This document shows positions 62,505 through 64,000 of a stretch of DNA of 64,000 nt, piece by piece; positions within the stretch are counted from its first letter, which is position 1, and every line of letters begins with the position of its first letter. A program made the translations under genes and the position numbers. Location: positions 17,889 through 81,888 of the forward strand of contig CAKSLQ010000008.1 of NCBI GenBank assembly GCA_934467415.1, given 5' to 3'. The DNA is from an uncultured Eubacteriales bacterium (lineage in GTDB: Bacteria; Bacillota; Clostridia; Oscillospirales; CAG-272). The notes beneath the pieces are model-generated. The model did not search any database and was not told where the DNA came from. It was given only the letters and a program-made list of their open reading frames with translations.

Positions 62505-64000
62505 TCACGGCTTTGTCACCCGCCCGGCAATGGCGTCCGCCAGCTGCTCCGCCGTGAAGGGCTTCGGCAGATAGGCGTTCATCCCGGCCTCGCGGCACTT
62601 GGCGATCGTGTCGGCAAGTGCCCCGGCGGTCATCGCCACGATCTGCACCTGCCCCGCGTCCGGGCGGTCCAGGGCGCGGATCTGCCGCGCGGCGGCGTAT
62701 CCGTCGAGGTCCGGCATCATGATGTCCGTCAGGATGACGTCGAAGCCGAAGGGCTCGCTCTGCCCGAAGATCTCGACCTCCTCGCGGCCGTTGGCGGCGG
62801 TCCGCACGGTGCAGCCCGCCTTTTTCAGCAGAAATTCCGTGATCTCCAGATTGAGCGCGTTGTCATCGACCAGCAGGACGCTGACGCCCTGCAGGTTCTC
62901 CCGGCGTGTCTCCGGCCTGCCCGAGGTCGCCTCGGTCGCGGTGTCGCGGCGCAGCGGGAGCGTGACCGTAAAGGTCGTGCCGACGCCGAGCTCGCTCTCC
63001 ACCGCGATGCTGCCGCCGAGCAGCTCGGTCAGCCGCTTGACGATGGGGAGGCCGAGCCCCGTGCCGGAGACCGCCGCCTCCTGCGAGGCCTCCCGGGTAA
63101 ACGGCTCAAACATCACCTGCCGGAATTCCTCGCTGATGCCGCAGCCGGTGTCCGCCACGGTAAATCGGACGACGACGCCGTTTTCATCTTCGGATTCCGT
63201 CTCCGCCACCGCGCGGATCGAGCCGTTCGGCCGATTGTATTTCACGGCATTGGACAGCAGGTTCATCAGGATCTGGCACAGATGCGTCGCGCTGCCGATC
63301 AGCGCGAAATCCGCCTGCGGCACACGGTTCTCCGCGACAAAGGTAAGCCCCTTATCCGCCGCCTGCGGCGCGATGACGTCGCGGCAGCGGTCAAGCAGCT
63401 CGTCCAGGCGGAAGGCGCTCTCCGTGATGTGCATGTTCCCGCTCTCCAGCTTGCTCATGTCCAGCACGTCGTCCACCAGGGACAGCAGATACCAGGCGAC
63501 CGTCCGCACCTTTGCGCGGATGCGCTTCTGCTTTTCCGCATCGCCCGGAAAATGCTCGGCGACCTCCACGAGGCCGATGATGCTGTTGATCGGCGTGCGG
63601 ATGTCGTGGCTTATGCGGGCGAGAAAGTCGGATTTTGCGGCGTTGGCGCTCTGCGCCTGTGCATAAGCCCGCTGCAGCTCGGCCGTCTGCTCCCCGAGGA
63701 GGAGATTCGCCTTCCGCAGCGCCTCCTGCTGCACCAGCTCCTGTCGGCGCTGCTCCAGCAGAATCCGGTTGACCTGCAGCTCCTTCTGATACAGCGCGTC
63801 CATGTCGCAGACCGAGAGCAGCCACAGCCGCTCGCCGCTGTCCGTCACGTCCTGCTTCATGATCCGCACCCACAGCGCGCCGTCTTTGCCGCGCAGATGC
63901 GTCTCCGCCGAGCCGGAAAGCGCGGCAAACCGCTCGGGCGAAAGCTCGTTCGGATAAAGCAGCGCGGCAAGCCCGCCGCCGGTCGCCGCCTCAAATTCCG
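62505..64000 (-). CDS. Hybrid sensor histidine kinase (PAS-like region, HisKA, HATPase, C-terminal REC); the 5' end lies outside the window
   Basis: H-box SHDIRTPIN, N-box LSNAVKYN, G-boxes DTGCGI and GTGLGL, REC domain LLVDDN...LTDIMMPDLDG. The frame stays open upstream of the track start (GTG at 63869) to nt 64000. Confidence 0.85.
   Translation of the reverse strand, partial: EFEAATGGGLAALLYPNELSPERFAALSGSAETHLRGKDGALWVRIMKQDVTDSGERLWLLSVCDMDALYQKELQVNRILLEQRRQELVQQEALRKANLLLGEQTAELQRAYAQAQSANAAKSDFLARISHDIRTPINSIIGLVEVAEHFPGDAEKQKRIRAKVRTVAWYLLSLVDDVLDMSKLESGNMHITESAFRLDELLDRCRDVIAPQAADKGLTFVAENRVPQADFALIGSATHLCQILMNLLSNAVKYNRPNGSIRAVAETESEDENGVVVRFTVADTGCGISEEFRQVMFEPFTREASQEAAVSGTGLGLPIVKRLTELLGGSIAVESELGVGTTFTVTLPLRRDTATEATSGRPETRRENLQGVSVLLVDDNALNLEITEFLLKKAGCTVRTAANGREEVEIFGQSEPFGFDVILTDIMMPDLDGYAAARQIRALDRPDAGQVQIVAMTAGALADTIAKCREAGMNAYLPKPFTAEQLADAIAGRVTKP

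Noticed and set aside
1-64000. tRNA, rRNA, tmRNA, RNase P or other classical RNA genes, IS elements and transposases
   Set aside because: Scanning the non-coding spacers by eye revealed no cloverleaf-compatible segments, no rRNA-like conserved tracts and no transposase-like ORFs. A computational scan (tRNAscan-SE, Infernal) would be needed to exclude them formally.

Overview
This is a high-GC chromosomal window with Firmicutes/Clostridia-type gene order. Markers are dnaB-tilS-hpt-ftsH, a B. subtilis 'ylo'-like block (yicC-remA-gmk-rpoZ-priA-def-fmt-rsmB-rlmN-stp-prkC-rsgA), mnmG-rsmG-ParB/Noc, a T-box-controlled valS, cysE-cysS, and an SLH-domain wall protein. I cannot name the species. I saw no rRNA, tRNA, CRISPR array, transposase or integrase. 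Four things are not ordinary housekeeping. (1) At 11.2-23.0 kb, 17 co-directional ORFs form an 11.8-kb phage-derived cluster: terminase, portal, capsid, short-tail candidates, a collagen-like fibre and a lysis cassette. It has no integrase, repressor, replication, tail-tube or tape-measure genes and sits between core genes. I read it as a candidate domesticated particle producer (GTA-/PBSX-like) or a prophage remnant. (2) A dense family of mosaic GC-rich hairpin repeats occupies at least 10 intergenic loci. It includes a ~114-nt five-hairpin element whose stems show compensatory changes between copies, and long inverted copies that flank gene blocks. (3) A low-GC XRE + SLOG/DUF1273 two-gene cassette is bracketed by identical 33-bp terminator repeats. 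(4) A c-di-GMP phosphorelay operon encodes a hybrid histidine kinase, a GGDEF-REC-HD-GYP protein and an Hpt protein. Also notable are a structured leader with twin identical hairpins upstream of an M29 aminopeptidase, and an orphan Na+-decarboxylase beta subunit with an untracked 45-aa OadG-like ORF. The many long ORFs antisense to or out of frame with real genes are high-GC artefacts and are rejected. The ORF track uses alternative start codons, so several starts were re-picked from RBS context. All calls come from reading the sequence and translations by eye. No searches or folding programs were run.
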